A stretch of 64,000 bases of DNA from Thermoproteus sp. (GTDB lineage Archaea; Thermoproteota; Thermoprotei; Thermoproteales; Thermoproteaceae): positions 192,001-256,000 of the forward strand of contig JBMFIG010000001.1 in assembly GCA_049976425.1 (NCBI GenBank), written 5' to 3'. The notes beneath the pieces were generated by a model, which saw nothing but the letters and a program-made list of their open reading frames with translations, had not been told where the DNA came from and did not search any database. A program made the translations under genes and the position numbers. Below are positions 10,166 to 19,474 of the stretch, piece by piece. Numbering within the stretch: position 1 is the stretch's first letter; each line of letters starts with the position of its first letter.

Positions 10166-11020
10166 GTGATAGAGTATGTAAGGAGGGCTCTGGCTATCGA
10201 CTGCGAGGCCGTCTCCAGATACCTCGTGGAGAGGTTGCGGGAATACTTCGAGGAGAGCGGCGCCGCTGGAGGCGTCTTGGGCCTCAGCGGGGGCATAGAC
10301 TCGTCGGTGGTGGCGGTCCTCTTGGCCAGGGCCACGGACAACTTCTTCTTCCTCTTGATGCCCTCCTCCTCGACCCCGCCTAGGGATATGGAAGACGCCA
10401 TGAAGATAATCAAGCTGACTAGGGCCGAGGGGAAATACGCCGTGGTGCCCATAGACGAACACGTCAAGGCCCTAGCCGACGCCGTCGGCGTCGCCGATAA
10501 GAAGATAGTGGGCAATATAAAGGCGAGGGTCAGGATGGTTCTGCTCTACGCATATGCCCAGAAGCTCGGCTACCTCGTGGTCGGCACCGGCGACAAGAGC
10601 GAGTTGATGTTGGGCTACTTCACGAAGTACGGCGACGGCGGCGTCGACATACTCCCCATAGGGGATCTATACAAGACGCAAGTGAGGCAGTTGGGCAGAT
10701 GCCTAGGCGTGCCCGAGGAGATAGTGGCCAAGCCGCCCTCGCCCGCCCTCTGGGAGGGGCAGACGGCCGAGGGGGAGCTCGGAATCGACTACGAGACGAT
10801 AGACTCCGTCCTGTACCTGCGCTACGAGGAGATGAGGACGCGGGAGGAGATAGCGGCCATGTTAGGCATCGACGTCTCGGTCGTCGACAAGATAGACTCC
10901 TTGGTGAGGAGGAGCCAGCACAAGAGGTTGCCGCCGGAGATCTTCAGGTTGAGCGGGAGGGCCATCGGATCCGACTGGAGATATCCCAGGAGGTACTGGA
11001 ACGTGAGGCCATGGGTTTGA
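10166..11020 (+). CDS. nadE: NAD+ synthetase (synthetase subunit)
   Basis: GLSGGIDSS, GNIKARVRM, GYFTKYGDG, LYKTQV, SQHKR. Confidence 0.95.
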   Translation: MIEYVRRALAIDCEAVSRYLVERLREYFEESGAAGGVLGLSGGIDSSVVAVLLARATDNFFFLLMPSSSTPPRDMEDAMKIIKLTRAEGKYAVVPIDEHVKALADAVGVADKKIVGNIKARVRMVLLYAYAQKLGYLVVGTGDKSELMLGYFTKYGDGGVDILPIGDLYKTQVRQLGRCLGVPEEIVAKPPSPALWEGQTAEGELGIDYETIDSVLYLRYEEMRTREEIAAMLGIDVSVVDKIDSLVRRSQHKRLPPEIFRLSGRAIGSDWRYPRRYWNVRPWV

Positions 11021-11826
11021 GAATAGAGCTGGCCCAGATAAGGCCGTTTCTAGGCGACGTCGAGCGCAATCTCCTAAAACACAAAGAGATCGTCGAGACG
11101 AGCGATAGCGACTGCGTTGTGTTCCCGGAGCTCTCGTTGACGGGCTACGTGCTCAAGGACCTCGCCTTCGAGCTCTTCCGGCACAGCGAGAAGGCCGTGG
11201 AGAAGCTGGCCGACGCGGCCGGGGGCAAGTGCGTGGTAGCCGGCGCCATAAAGGAGGTGAGGCCCGGCGTCTTGAGGAACTCGGCCGCCGTTATAATAAA
11301 CGGGGAGATCAACTACGTCTACAAGTTTTATCTCCCCACCTACGGACTTTTCGAGGAGAGGAGGTACTTCCAACGCGGCGATCCTCTGAAGGACCTCAAA
11401 GTGTTCCAACACGCAGGCGTGAAGTTCGGGGTTATCATATGCGAGGACGCCTGGCATCCGGAGCCGGCCGAGGCGTTGGCGTTGATGGGGGCCGACTTGA
11501 TACTGGTCCCCGCGGCGTCGCCCATGCGCAGGCTCGGCAAGGACTTGGCAATACAAGACAGCTGGGAGGCGTTGCTGAAGGCGCACGCCTTGATGAACAC
11601 GGTGTGGATGGCCTTCGTCAATACGGTCGGGAGCCAGGAGGAGGAGTTCTTCTGGGGCGGATCCATGGTCGTGTCGCCTCTCGGCGAGGTGAAGCTGAGG
11701 CTCAAGATCTTCGAGGAGGACAGAGCCGTCTACGCCCTCGATATGGACGAGCTGAGGAGGGCGAGGTTCTTCAGCAGCTTCAGAGACCACATATCGTCGT
11801 TTCACAAAATCCTGGCAGAGCTCTGA
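11011..11826 (+). CDS. Nitrilase/carbon-nitrogen hydrolase, probable glutaminase subunit of NAD synthetase
   Basis: E-K-C triad: VFPELSLTGY, YKFYLPTYGLFEERRYF, ICEDAW; start ATG 11011 overlaps the nadE end. Confidence 0.88.
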   Translation: MGLRIELAQIRPFLGDVERNLLKHKEIVETSDSDCVVFPELSLTGYVLKDLAFELFRHSEKAVEKLADAAGGKCVVAGAIKEVRPGVLRNSAAVIINGEINYVYKFYLPTYGLFEERRYFQRGDPLKDLKVFQHAGVKFGVIICEDAWHPEPAEALALMGADLILVPAASPMRRLGKDLAIQDSWEALLKAHALMNTVWMAFVNTVGSQEEEFFWGGSMVVSPLGEVKLRLKIFEEDRAVYALDMDELRRARFFSSFRDHISSFHKILAEL

Positions 11827-11835
11827 CCGGGCATC

Positions 11836-11857
11836 CAATAATCAAACAATAATCAAA
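11836..11857. repeat. 11-bp tandem direct repeat CAATAATCAAA x2
   Basis: Seen directly in the intergenic region. Confidence 0.7.
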
Positions 11858-11925
11858 TATCGCAAGCTGGCCTTTACGCGTATCAAGTATAAGAAGAAAT
11901 ATTTTTTAAACAGCACGAGAGGCAC

Positions 11926-12390
11926 ATGGGTGCGGTTTACCCATTATTGATCCTGCTGGGTGCGGCCATGATATTGGGAGGCGCGGCGGCTGTTTTCGTG
12001 AACTACAACGCCTTGGCGATTTCGCTGGCAGGCGTCTGCGTCCTGGTTGCGGGCCTACTTTATAGAGCCCGCGATGCTTCCGGGCGGTTGTGGGCCACCG
12101 CGTTGATCTCGGCCGCGGCGACGGGCGCCGCCGCGGCGTCCTTTGCGGCCATCGCCGTATGGGCCGAAGTGTTGAGCTGGATTACGTACAAGGCGGTGAT
12201 CGCCTCTCTAGCTGTCTGCGCGCTCGCGGCGTTGCCCGGCTACGTGGCTGTTGCAGTCGAACTATTGGGGAAGAGAGGCGCAATCGCGAAGACGGCCGCC
12301 GTTCTGCTTATGGCAGTGGCGGCTCTAGCCTTTCTGATAGCCCTCGCGGCTATATCGACGTTTTTCCCGGTGGTCGCAGAGCCCGCTTAG
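11926..12390 (+). CDS. Hypothetical integral membrane protein
   Basis: About 5 hydrophobic helices; TTTTTAAA box upstream. Confidence 0.7.
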   Translation: MGAVYPLLILLGAAMILGGAAAVFVNYNALAISLAGVCVLVAGLLYRARDASGRLWATALISAAATGAAAASFAAIAVWAEVLSWITYKAVIASLAVCALAALPGYVAVAVELLGKRGAIAKTAAVLLMAVAALAFLIALAAISTFFPVVAEPA

Positions 12391-12513
12391 CTAAAAGCCT
12401 ATAAGTGCGGAGATCTACGCGGGCTGGCGGCCGGCGCCGGACTTGGAGGCCCCGGCCTCTCATCGACGAGGGGGTCCGGGATGCGGCTTTATATAACCTG
12501 CGGTTTTTCCACC

Positions 12514-13662
12514 ATGACGAGGATCGCGCGGTACTATCGCGAATACGGCGTGAGGCTTGTGAAGGGCTACATGCAGTATGTCTGGGACGACGGGGGGAGG
12601 CGGTATCTCGACTGCAACACCAACCACGGCGTGGCGTTCCTCGGCCACTCGAACCCCTACATAGTCGAGGCCGTAAAGAAGCAGGTGGAGGAGGTGTGGG
12701 CCGTCCCCCTAAACTTCGCGACGCCGGCGAGGGAGAGGTTCGTTGAGGCCTTCTCCCGGCTCCTTCCGGCGAAATTCGGCGTGGTGTTTCTCCAGAATAC
12801 GGGCACGGAGGCGGTCGAGACGGCGGTCAAGATAGCGAAGAAGATCACGAGGAGGCACACCATAGTGGCCTTCACTAACAGCTTCCACGGGAGGACCATG
12901 GGCTCCCTCTCGATTACGTGGAACGAGGCATATCGCAAGGCGTTCGAGCCGCTTTACCCCCACGTGAGGTTCGGCAAGTTCAACGTGGTTTCTGAGGTGG
13001 AGAAGGTGGTGGGCGAAGACGCTTGTTGCGTCGTCGTAGAGCCTATACAGGGCGAGGGCGGCGTCAATCCGGCGACTCCGGACTTCTTGAAGGCGCTCCG
13101 CGACGAGGCCTCCCGGAAGGGGGCCCTGCTGATATTCGACGAGGTCCAGACGGGCTTCGGCAGGACCGGGGCCGTGTGGGCTTTCCAGAAGTACGGGGTC
13201 GAGCCCGACCTCTTCACGGCGGGCAAGGCGCTGGGCGGCGGCCTCCCCATAGGCGTTGTGGTGGCCAGAGAGGACTACGGGGACGTGTTCGAGCCGGGGG
13301 AGCACGGCTCCACCTTCGCGGGGAACGCCGTCGTGATGGCGGCGGCCGCCGCGGCGTCGGAGCTGTTGCTGAGGGACGACGTGCCCTCCAAGGCCGAGTC
13401 GGCGGGCAGGGATCTTGCCAAGGCCCTCTCGGAGCACGGCTCTAGGCTGGGGCTGAGAGTCAAGGGGATGGGCCTCATGTTGGGCCTAGAGCTCAGGGTG
13501 AAGGCCGACCAGTTCATCCAGCCTCTGATGGCGCGGGGGGTGTTGGCCCTCACCGCCGGCATGAATGTGCTGAGGTTCCTCCCGCCCTACATGATCACGA
13601 AGGAGGACGTAGAGCTCGTGAGGTCGGCCGTCTCCGACGTGTTGAGAAACGCCGGGCACTGA
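12514..13662 (+). CDS. lysJ: Class III PLP aminotransferase (acetylornithine / LysW-aminoadipate semialdehyde aminotransferase, LysJ/ArgD)
   Basis: NSFHGRT, EPIQGEGG, DEVQTGFGRTG, AGKALGGG, HGSTFAGN; TATA near 12488 supports ATG 12514. Confidence 0.8.
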   Translation: MTRIARYYREYGVRLVKGYMQYVWDDGGRRYLDCNTNHGVAFLGHSNPYIVEAVKKQVEEVWAVPLNFATPARERFVEAFSRLLPAKFGVVFLQNTGTEAVETAVKIAKKITRRHTIVAFTNSFHGRTMGSLSITWNEAYRKAFEPLYPHVRFGKFNVVSEVEKVVGEDACCVVVEPIQGEGGVNPATPDFLKALRDEASRKGALLIFDEVQTGFGRTGAVWAFQKYGVEPDLFTAGKALGGGLPIGVVVAREDYGDVFEPGEHGSTFAGNAVVMAAAAAASELLLRDDVPSKAESAGRDLAKALSEHGSRLGLRVKGMGLMLGLELRVKADQFIQPLMARGVLALTAGMNVLRFLPPYMITKEDVELVRSAVSDVLRNAGH

Positions 13663-13687
13663 TATATATCAGCCCCCGTTCCGGTCC

Positions 13688-14665
13688 ATGAAAGTAGTGG
13701 CCGTCGGCTGTAGGGGATGGGGCCAGATACACTTGAGGGCTCTGTCCCAGCTCGGCGTCGATCTGGAGATCATGGAGAGGAACGAGGAGGCCGCCAGGAC
13801 GTGCGTGGAGAGATACGGGGCGAGGAAGGTACACGCCACGTATTCGTCCGTGCTCTCCTCAAATGCAGACGTGGTGGATCTAGTGGTCCCGCATAATCTA
13901 CATAGGGATATGGCCGTGGAGGCCCTCAAGGCAGGCAAACACGTCCTCGTCGAGAAGCCGATGGCTAGGACCGAGGCGGAGGCTCTCGACATGATAAACG
14001 CGGCGAGGTCCGCCCGCAGGAAGTTGATGGTCACCGACCAGTTCCACTTCGACCCGGCGGTCAAGGCAGTCGTAGAGATGATAAGGGACGGCCGCCTCGG
14101 CAAGGTCCACACCATAATAGTGAGGTCGCAGGTATTGGGAAGGCCTAAGGAGTGGCGGACTAGGCTGGAGGAGATGGGCGGCGGCGCTCTGATAGACGGC
14201 GGGGTCCACTTCGTGAATACTCTTCTGAACTTCGGCGGGGACTACGAGGAGGTCAAGGCCTATGTATACAGAGCGTTTGTGCCCATGGAGGGCGACGACA
14301 CGGCCATGGCGATCTTCAAGTTCAAGTCGGGGGCCTACGGCCTCTTCTACTACAGCTGGGCCTACCCCAACCCGCCGCTCTTGCCCTCTTACGAGGTCAT
14401 AGGCGATGCCGGCTCGGTGGTCGAGGACTTGGAGACCAAGCGGAGGACGTGGGCGCCGCCTAGATACAGGGTGTACGGGGACCCCGTCCTCAACGGCAGG
14501 AGGGTGGAGGTGCCCGATGTCGACGTCTTCGTGGAGATGTTCAAGGGCTTCTTCAAGGCGGTGGAGGAGGACTCGGAGGTGCCCTACCCGCCTGAGCTCT
14601 CCCTTAGAGATCTAAGGGGAGTGCTAGACATCTACAGAGCCGCCGGCGTCCCTTGGCTCAAGTAG
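13688..14665 (+). CDS. Gfo/Idh/MocA family oxidoreductase
   Basis: Rossmann start, HVLVEKPMA, GGGALIDGGVH. Confidence 0.92.
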   Translation: MKVVAVGCRGWGQIHLRALSQLGVDLEIMERNEEAARTCVERYGARKVHATYSSVLSSNADVVDLVVPHNLHRDMAVEALKAGKHVLVEKPMARTEAEALDMINAARSARRKLMVTDQFHFDPAVKAVVEMIRDGRLGKVHTIIVRSQVLGRPKEWRTRLEEMGGGALIDGGVHFVNTLLNFGGDYEEVKAYVYRAFVPMEGDDTAMAIFKFKSGAYGLFYYSWAYPNPPLLPSYEVIGDAGSVVEDLETKRRTWAPPRYRVYGDPVLNGRRVEVPDVDVFVEMFKGFFKAVEEDSEVPYPPELSLRDLRGVLDIYRAAGVPWLK

Positions 14666-15163
14666 GCTTAGCAGAGCCTCCCTGAACCGTCCGTCTTTTC
14701 TGAAGAGGTAGGTGTAGGTTCTGTTGGCCTCACCGCCGAGGTACACTACGTCGCCCCTCACCTCTATCGGCGCGCATAGGACGTCGCGGGGCCCCTCGGA
14801 CAGTCTTGCGAGGACGCGTTCGTAGAGATCCGCCAGAATTCTCGTAGCTGTCAGGTCGGTCAAATAGTCGGCGATCTCCGAGAGGTAGCGCCCGGAGCTG
14901 TAGAGGGGGATTAAGGCTAAGTAGAGCCTGCCGCGCCTCCTCAAAGGCGCCCCCGCCAATATTCTTCTGGCCTCCTCGTACCCCTCGCGCAATAGCTCCA
15001 CGACGGTCCTATAAGGCAGAGGCTCGACGCACGGCCCGCCAGGTTGCGCGGCCGCGCTCCGACTCACGACGAGGAGAACCCGCTCGTGTTTCGCCGATAT
15101 CTTGTCCGCGAAATATCCGTCGACCAGCGCCTCGCCGATATCGTAGAAGGGTACGGCCGTCAC
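14624..15163 (-). CDS. Hypothetical protein
   Basis: 179-aa ORF translationally coupled to the upstream MFS gene (GTGA overlap). Confidence 0.65.
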   Translation of the reverse strand: MTAVPFYDIGEALVDGYFADKISAKHERVLLVVSRSAAAQPGGPCVEPLPYRTVVELLREGYEEARRILAGAPLRRRGRLYLALIPLYSSGRYLSEIADYLTDLTATRILADLYERVLARLSEGPRDVLCAPIEVRGDVVYLGGEANRTYTYLFRKDGRFREALLSLLEPRDAGGSVDV

Positions 15164-16806
15164 TCCACGAACACCTCCCTGCCTCTTAGGGCTGAGAGGA
15201 GCGCGGCGGCGAAAGCGAACGCCGCGGCGAGGTGGTAGGCGTAGTGGAACCCGTCAGCGAGCGCGGGCGCCACGGCGCCGGCGAAGAACTGCGGCTCGGT
15301 TATCGCCGAGTAGACGGCTTGGCTGAGCTGTACGTGGTTGAGGGAGACCAACGTGGCCATCGGGTTGTAGCCGAGAAACGCGGCGAAGAACGCCACTATC
15401 GGCGGCGTGGAGAGCAGAAGCCGCGCAGAGTCGGGCGGAACGCCGGCGTTGACCAACGCGTTGTATATGCTGGGCCCCAACGACGCGGCGGAGCCCGCCA
15501 CTATCAACGTTATGAAGACGGCGAAGCTCAAGAGCGTGCCTACGTTCTGCAACATGGCCCTGACGCCGGAGGCCGCCGACCTCGTGGACGAGGGCACCGC
15601 GCTCAGTATCGAGACGAGGTTGGGGCTCATGAAGAGGCCGGTGCCGGCGCCTATGAGCGCTATTATGAACGCGAAGAGCGCGTAGTGGAAGGAGAGGGGC
15701 AATGCCGACAGCATCTCGAAGCCTAGGCCCATCAACGCGGCCCCCGCGGTGGCGACGGCCCTAGCGCCGAACTTGTTGACGAGTTTGCCGCCGATTGGGG
15801 CGAACACGGCGCTGGCCAAGCTACTCGGTATTAGGTAGATCCCGGCCCATAGAGGCGTCAGCTCGTAGGGCATGCCGCCCATGGGGAGGTAGACAGCCTG
15901 GAGGAAGATGGACAGCACGAAGACGTTGGCTCCCTGGGCCAGGAAGAGCAGGAAGGCGCTGAACACGCCGAAAGAGAACTGTTTGTTCGAGAAGAGATCG
16001 AGGCGTAACATGGGCGCCCGGGATCTCCGCTCGAGGGGTATCAACGCGGCTGAGAGCGCCGCCCCGCCCGCCAGCAGAGCCCAGACGTAGGGGGCGCTCC
16101 AGCCCAACATATGGCCGTCGTAGGGCACGGTCGAGAGGGCGAGCCCCATGAGGAATAAGAAAAGCGCGGCGGCCAGGACGGCGGCGCCTGCCCAGTCGAC
16201 CACAACTCTGCCCGCGCCCGGCGACACGCGGTACACGACCTTGTAGGACCACCACGTGTTGAGGACGCCGAAGGGCACGTTCGCGAGGAAGACAAGCCTC
16301 CAGTCGATCACGGCGAGCGCGCCGCCGGCTAGAAGCCCGACGAGGGAGCCGGCCGAGAAGGAGATGCCCACGATCCCTTGGGCTATTCCCCTCTCGCTGG
16401 GCGGAAAGACGTCGGCGATTATGGCGGCGCTGTTGCTGAACATCAAGGCGCCGCCGACACCTTGTACGGCCCTATATATGATCATCTGGAGGGCGGCCGC
16501 GGCGCCCGTGCCCGGGGTCAAGCCGAGCAGTAGCGACGCCGCGGTGAACACGGCGGCGCCTAAGGTGAATGCCCTCCCCTTGCCGTACATATCGGACAAG
16601 CGGCCAGCTATGGCCACCAAGACGGCGATGGTGAAGGGGTAGGCCAATATCAGCCATAACATTGACATAAACCCCAGCGGCGAGAACGGGTCTATTCCTA
16701 TTCCTCTAAAGATCGCCGGGAGCGCTATGACTAGAGCCGATACGTTCATGCTGGCCATGAAGGAGCCCAGGACGCTGTTGAACAGTATGGCCCGTCTGTG
16801 GTCCAC
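15160..16806 (-). CDS. MFS transporter, DHA2/EmrB-like (14 TM)
   Basis: GRLSDMYGKGR motif A, RAVQGVGGA, WRLVFLANVP. Confidence 0.92.
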   Translation of the reverse strand: MDHRRAILFNSVLGSFMASMNVSALVIALPAIFRGIGIDPFSPLGFMSMLWLILAYPFTIAVLVAIAGRLSDMYGKGRAFTLGAAVFTAASLLLGLTPGTGAAAALQMIIYRAVQGVGGALMFSNSAAIIADVFPPSERGIAQGIVGISFSAGSLVGLLAGGALAVIDWRLVFLANVPFGVLNTWWSYKVVYRVSPGAGRVVVDWAGAAVLAAALFLFLMGLALSTVPYDGHMLGWSAPYVWALLAGGAALSAALIPLERRSRAPMLRLDLFSNKQFSFGVFSAFLLFLAQGANVFVLSIFLQAVYLPMGGMPYELTPLWAGIYLIPSSLASAVFAPIGGKLVNKFGARAVATAGAALMGLGFEMLSALPLSFHYALFAFIIALIGAGTGLFMSPNLVSILSAVPSSTRSAASGVRAMLQNVGTLLSFAVFITLIVAGSAASLGPSIYNALVNAGVPPDSARLLLSTPPIVAFFAAFLGYNPMATLVSLNHVQLSQAVYSAITEPQFFAGAVAPALADGFHYAYHLAAAFAFAAALLSALRGREVFVE

Positions 16807-16910
16807 GGATGCCGAGACGTCGGACCTATAAAAACTTTAAGACAAACCGCCGTCGTCTTCGCGCAGAGCCCCTATTCAAACTTAAATGGTTAGGCCGGTT
16901 GCGCACTCCC

Positions 16911-19445
16911 GTGGCCGAGGTCGAGTCGGATTTAACGCATGAGTTGAGGCCCGGCGCCGAGCGCGTGGTGTTAACGGAGAAGGAGCTGTCTGTGATGAGG
17001 GACGGCGAGATTCTGTATAGGGTGGACCTAGGCCGGATCAAGAGGGCCTATGTGGAGGATGGGATAGGCCTGGCGAAGCTCGTCATCGAGTTGGACGACG
17101 GGTCGTCGGTCGAGGCGGCCTACTTCACTAAGAGGAAGCTGGTACAGTTCAGGGCCTTGGCCAAGGCAATAAACCTGAGGAGAGCCGAGGCGGCTCTTGT
17201 CGAGGATCAGGCCGGCGGGCCCGTGCGGCGCGGCTCCGGCCGGACGCTCTTGTGGCTGTTCTCCCACATGGCGCCGTACAAGTACAGGCTGGCCCTCGGC
17301 GTGGCCCTCTCGCTGGCGATCACCGCGTTGAACTTGGTGCCGCCCTACATGCTCAAGGTGCTTATAGACCAAGTACTGCTCTCGCCCAGCCGCAACGAGG
17401 GGCTGTTCGTGAGGCTGACCTTGTTGTTGGTGGCCGCATATGCGTCGGTGTCGTTGCTGTCCATGGCCCAGAACTACGTCCTCAACACGGTCGGGCAGAG
17501 GGTGGTCAACGACCTCAGAGGCAAGCTGTACGCCAAGGTACTGCGCCTGAGCCCCTCCGTGGTCGACAAGATCTCGACCGGCAGGATACTGTCCAGGCTG
17601 ACCACCGACGCGGGCAACGCGCAGTGGCTCATGGTGTGGGGCCTTCCGACCCTTCTCGTGAACACGCTTACGCTGATAGGCATAGGGGTGATACTGTTCT
17701 CCATGGACCCCCGCCTGGCCGTCTACGTCCTGGTCCCGGTGCCCCTCATAGTGTACCTGCTCGTACACTATAGACGCGTGTCCAGGCTTCTCTACCACAG
17801 AAACTGGCGGAGGAGCGCCGATATGACTTCGGCCGCCTCGGACGTGATCCCGAACTACGCGATAGTCAAGGCGTACTCCAGAGAGGGCTACGAGACCTCC
17901 AGGTTCTGGCGTATACTGGACAGGCTCTACGAGTCGCAACGCGATGTGGCCGCCATGAACTCGCTACACTGGCCGCCGATAGGCTTTCTCACCTCCCTAG
18001 CGACTGTGATGATCTGGTGGTTCGGAGGCAACCAAGTCATAGCCGGCAACATAGAGCTCGGCGTCCTCACTGCGTTCGTGTCCTACATGGCTCAGTTCTA
18101 CGGGCCCATAAACAACCTCAGCAACATAATACCGTTCATCCAGCAGGCGATAACCTCGGGCGAGAGGCTTAGGGAGATCATGGAGGCCGAGGAGGAGCCC
18201 CGGGGCGGCGATAAGAAGCCGTCCCTAAGAGGGCCCATAGAGTTTAAAGGGGTCTGGTTCGGCTACGAGCCGCTAACCCCCGTCCTGAAGAACATAAATC
18301 TGAGGATAGAGAGGGGCCAGAAAGTCGCCTTGGTCGGGAGAAGCGGCTCGGGCAAGACGTCTATTGCCAAACTGTTGCTCAAGATGTACCAGCCCGCCGA
18401 GGGCTCAATATACATAAACGGCGTGGATATAAGGGAGATAGACACGTCGTATCTACGGCGCAGGATAGCCTACGTATCCCAGGAAGTGTTGCTCTTCGAC
18501 GACACTGTGGCCAACAACGTGGCCTACGGCGCCGACGGGAAGATAGGCCCCTACGACATACTTAAGGCTTGTTGGCTGGCGAAGGTCCACGACGACATAA
18601 TGAAGATGCCGCTCGCCTACGACACCCCCTTAGGCGAGAGGGGGTCCTACCTATCGGGCGGCCAGAGGCAGAGGATCTCGTTGGCCAGAGCCCTCGTGAA
18701 GGACCCCGACATATTCATATTCGACGAAGCTACCTCGAACCTAGACGCCTTAACCGAGAAGGAGGTCTTCTCCACCATACTAGACGTAGTCGGCGACAGG
18801 ACGGCCATCTTCATAACGCACTCGCCGGTGGAGGCGCTGGCGGCCGACAAGGTGGTGGTCATGCGCGACGGGGAGATCGTCGAGCAGGGCGCGCCGGCAG
18901 AGCTCTTGATTAAGGGCGGCGAGTTCAGCAGAATGTTCAGCGAATACGCTGAGGCGGCGGCCTCCATGTGGTCTAGGAGACAAGAGACGGCTCCGCCTCC
19001 TATTTTGAAATCGCCCAAGATAGCGCCGGGATCTAGGCGTAGCTACGTCAAGCTAGACGGCGTGGCCGGCGAGTGTAGGCCCACGTTGCCGTTCCCCGTG
19101 AGCCACAGACATTTCGTGTTGTTGGACTGCGGCGGGCGCCAATACGTAATAGAGGACTACACAACGTTGGACGAGGGATCGAGGACGGCGTTGGAGAGGG
19201 CGATAGGCGCCAACGTCTTAGTGCCTCGCATAACGTCGATAAGGTCGGTGGACATAAAGGGGGACGAGCTCGTGTGGGATGTGGAGACCGAGATAGGCCG
19301 CCGCATCATCTCGACAAGAGGCAGGAGGAACGTCATGGCGATGGACGGCTCCGTGGTGTTGATAGACGTGTACGAGAACGCCTACGTGATAGAGGTCGAC
19401 AAGCTCGACGCGCGGAGCAGATATTGGCTGGACAAGGTGGTTTAA
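16911..19445 (+). CDS. ABC exporter (TMD+NBD) with N-terminal extension and C-terminal DUF1854-like domain
   Basis: GRSGSGKT, LSGGQRQR, IFDEATS; C-terminal PFPVSH...VPRITSI...WDVETEIG...LIDVYENAY; start GTG 16911 after a TTAAAT box. Confidence 0.88.
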   Translation: MAEVESDLTHELRPGAERVVLTEKELSVMRDGEILYRVDLGRIKRAYVEDGIGLAKLVIELDDGSSVEAAYFTKRKLVQFRALAKAINLRRAEAALVEDQAGGPVRRGSGRTLLWLFSHMAPYKYRLALGVALSLAITALNLVPPYMLKVLIDQVLLSPSRNEGLFVRLTLLLVAAYASVSLLSMAQNYVLNTVGQRVVNDLRGKLYAKVLRLSPSVVDKISTGRILSRLTTDAGNAQWLMVWGLPTLLVNTLTLIGIGVILFSMDPRLAVYVLVPVPLIVYLLVHYRRVSRLLYHRNWRRSADMTSAASDVIPNYAIVKAYSREGYETSRFWRILDRLYESQRDVAAMNSLHWPPIGFLTSLATVMIWWFGGNQVIAGNIELGVLTAFVSYMAQFYGPINNLSNIIPFIQQAITSGERLREIMEAEEEPRGGDKKPSLRGPIEFKGVWFGYEPLTPVLKNINLRIERGQKVALVGRSGSGKTSIAKLLLKMYQPAEGSIYINGVDIREIDTSYLRRRIAYVSQEVLLFDDTVANNVAYGADGKIGPYDILKACWLAKVHDDIMKMPLAYDTPLGERGSYLSGGQRQRISLARALVKDPDIFIFDEATSNLDALTEKEVFSTILDVVGDRTAIFITHSPVEALAADKVVVMRDGEIVEQGAPAELLIKGGEFSRMFSEYAEAAASMWSRRQETAPPPILKSPKIAPGSRRSYVKLDGVAGECRPTLPFPVSHRHFVLLDCGGRQYVIEDYTTLDEGSRTALERAIGANVLVPRITSIRSVDIKGDELVWDVETEIGRRIISTRGRRNVMAMDGSVVLIDVYENAYVIEVDKLDARSRYWLDKVV

Positions 19446-19474
19446 GATTTTAAGCAAGCGCCCTAAACGCCGTC

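Noticed and set aside
10699-11010. N-terminal extension of the nitrilase ORF (also the extensions at 9355, 16809, 25519, 53613 and 54128)
   Set aside because: These overlap upstream genes or promoters; downstream starts with stop/start coupling or TATA boxes fit better.
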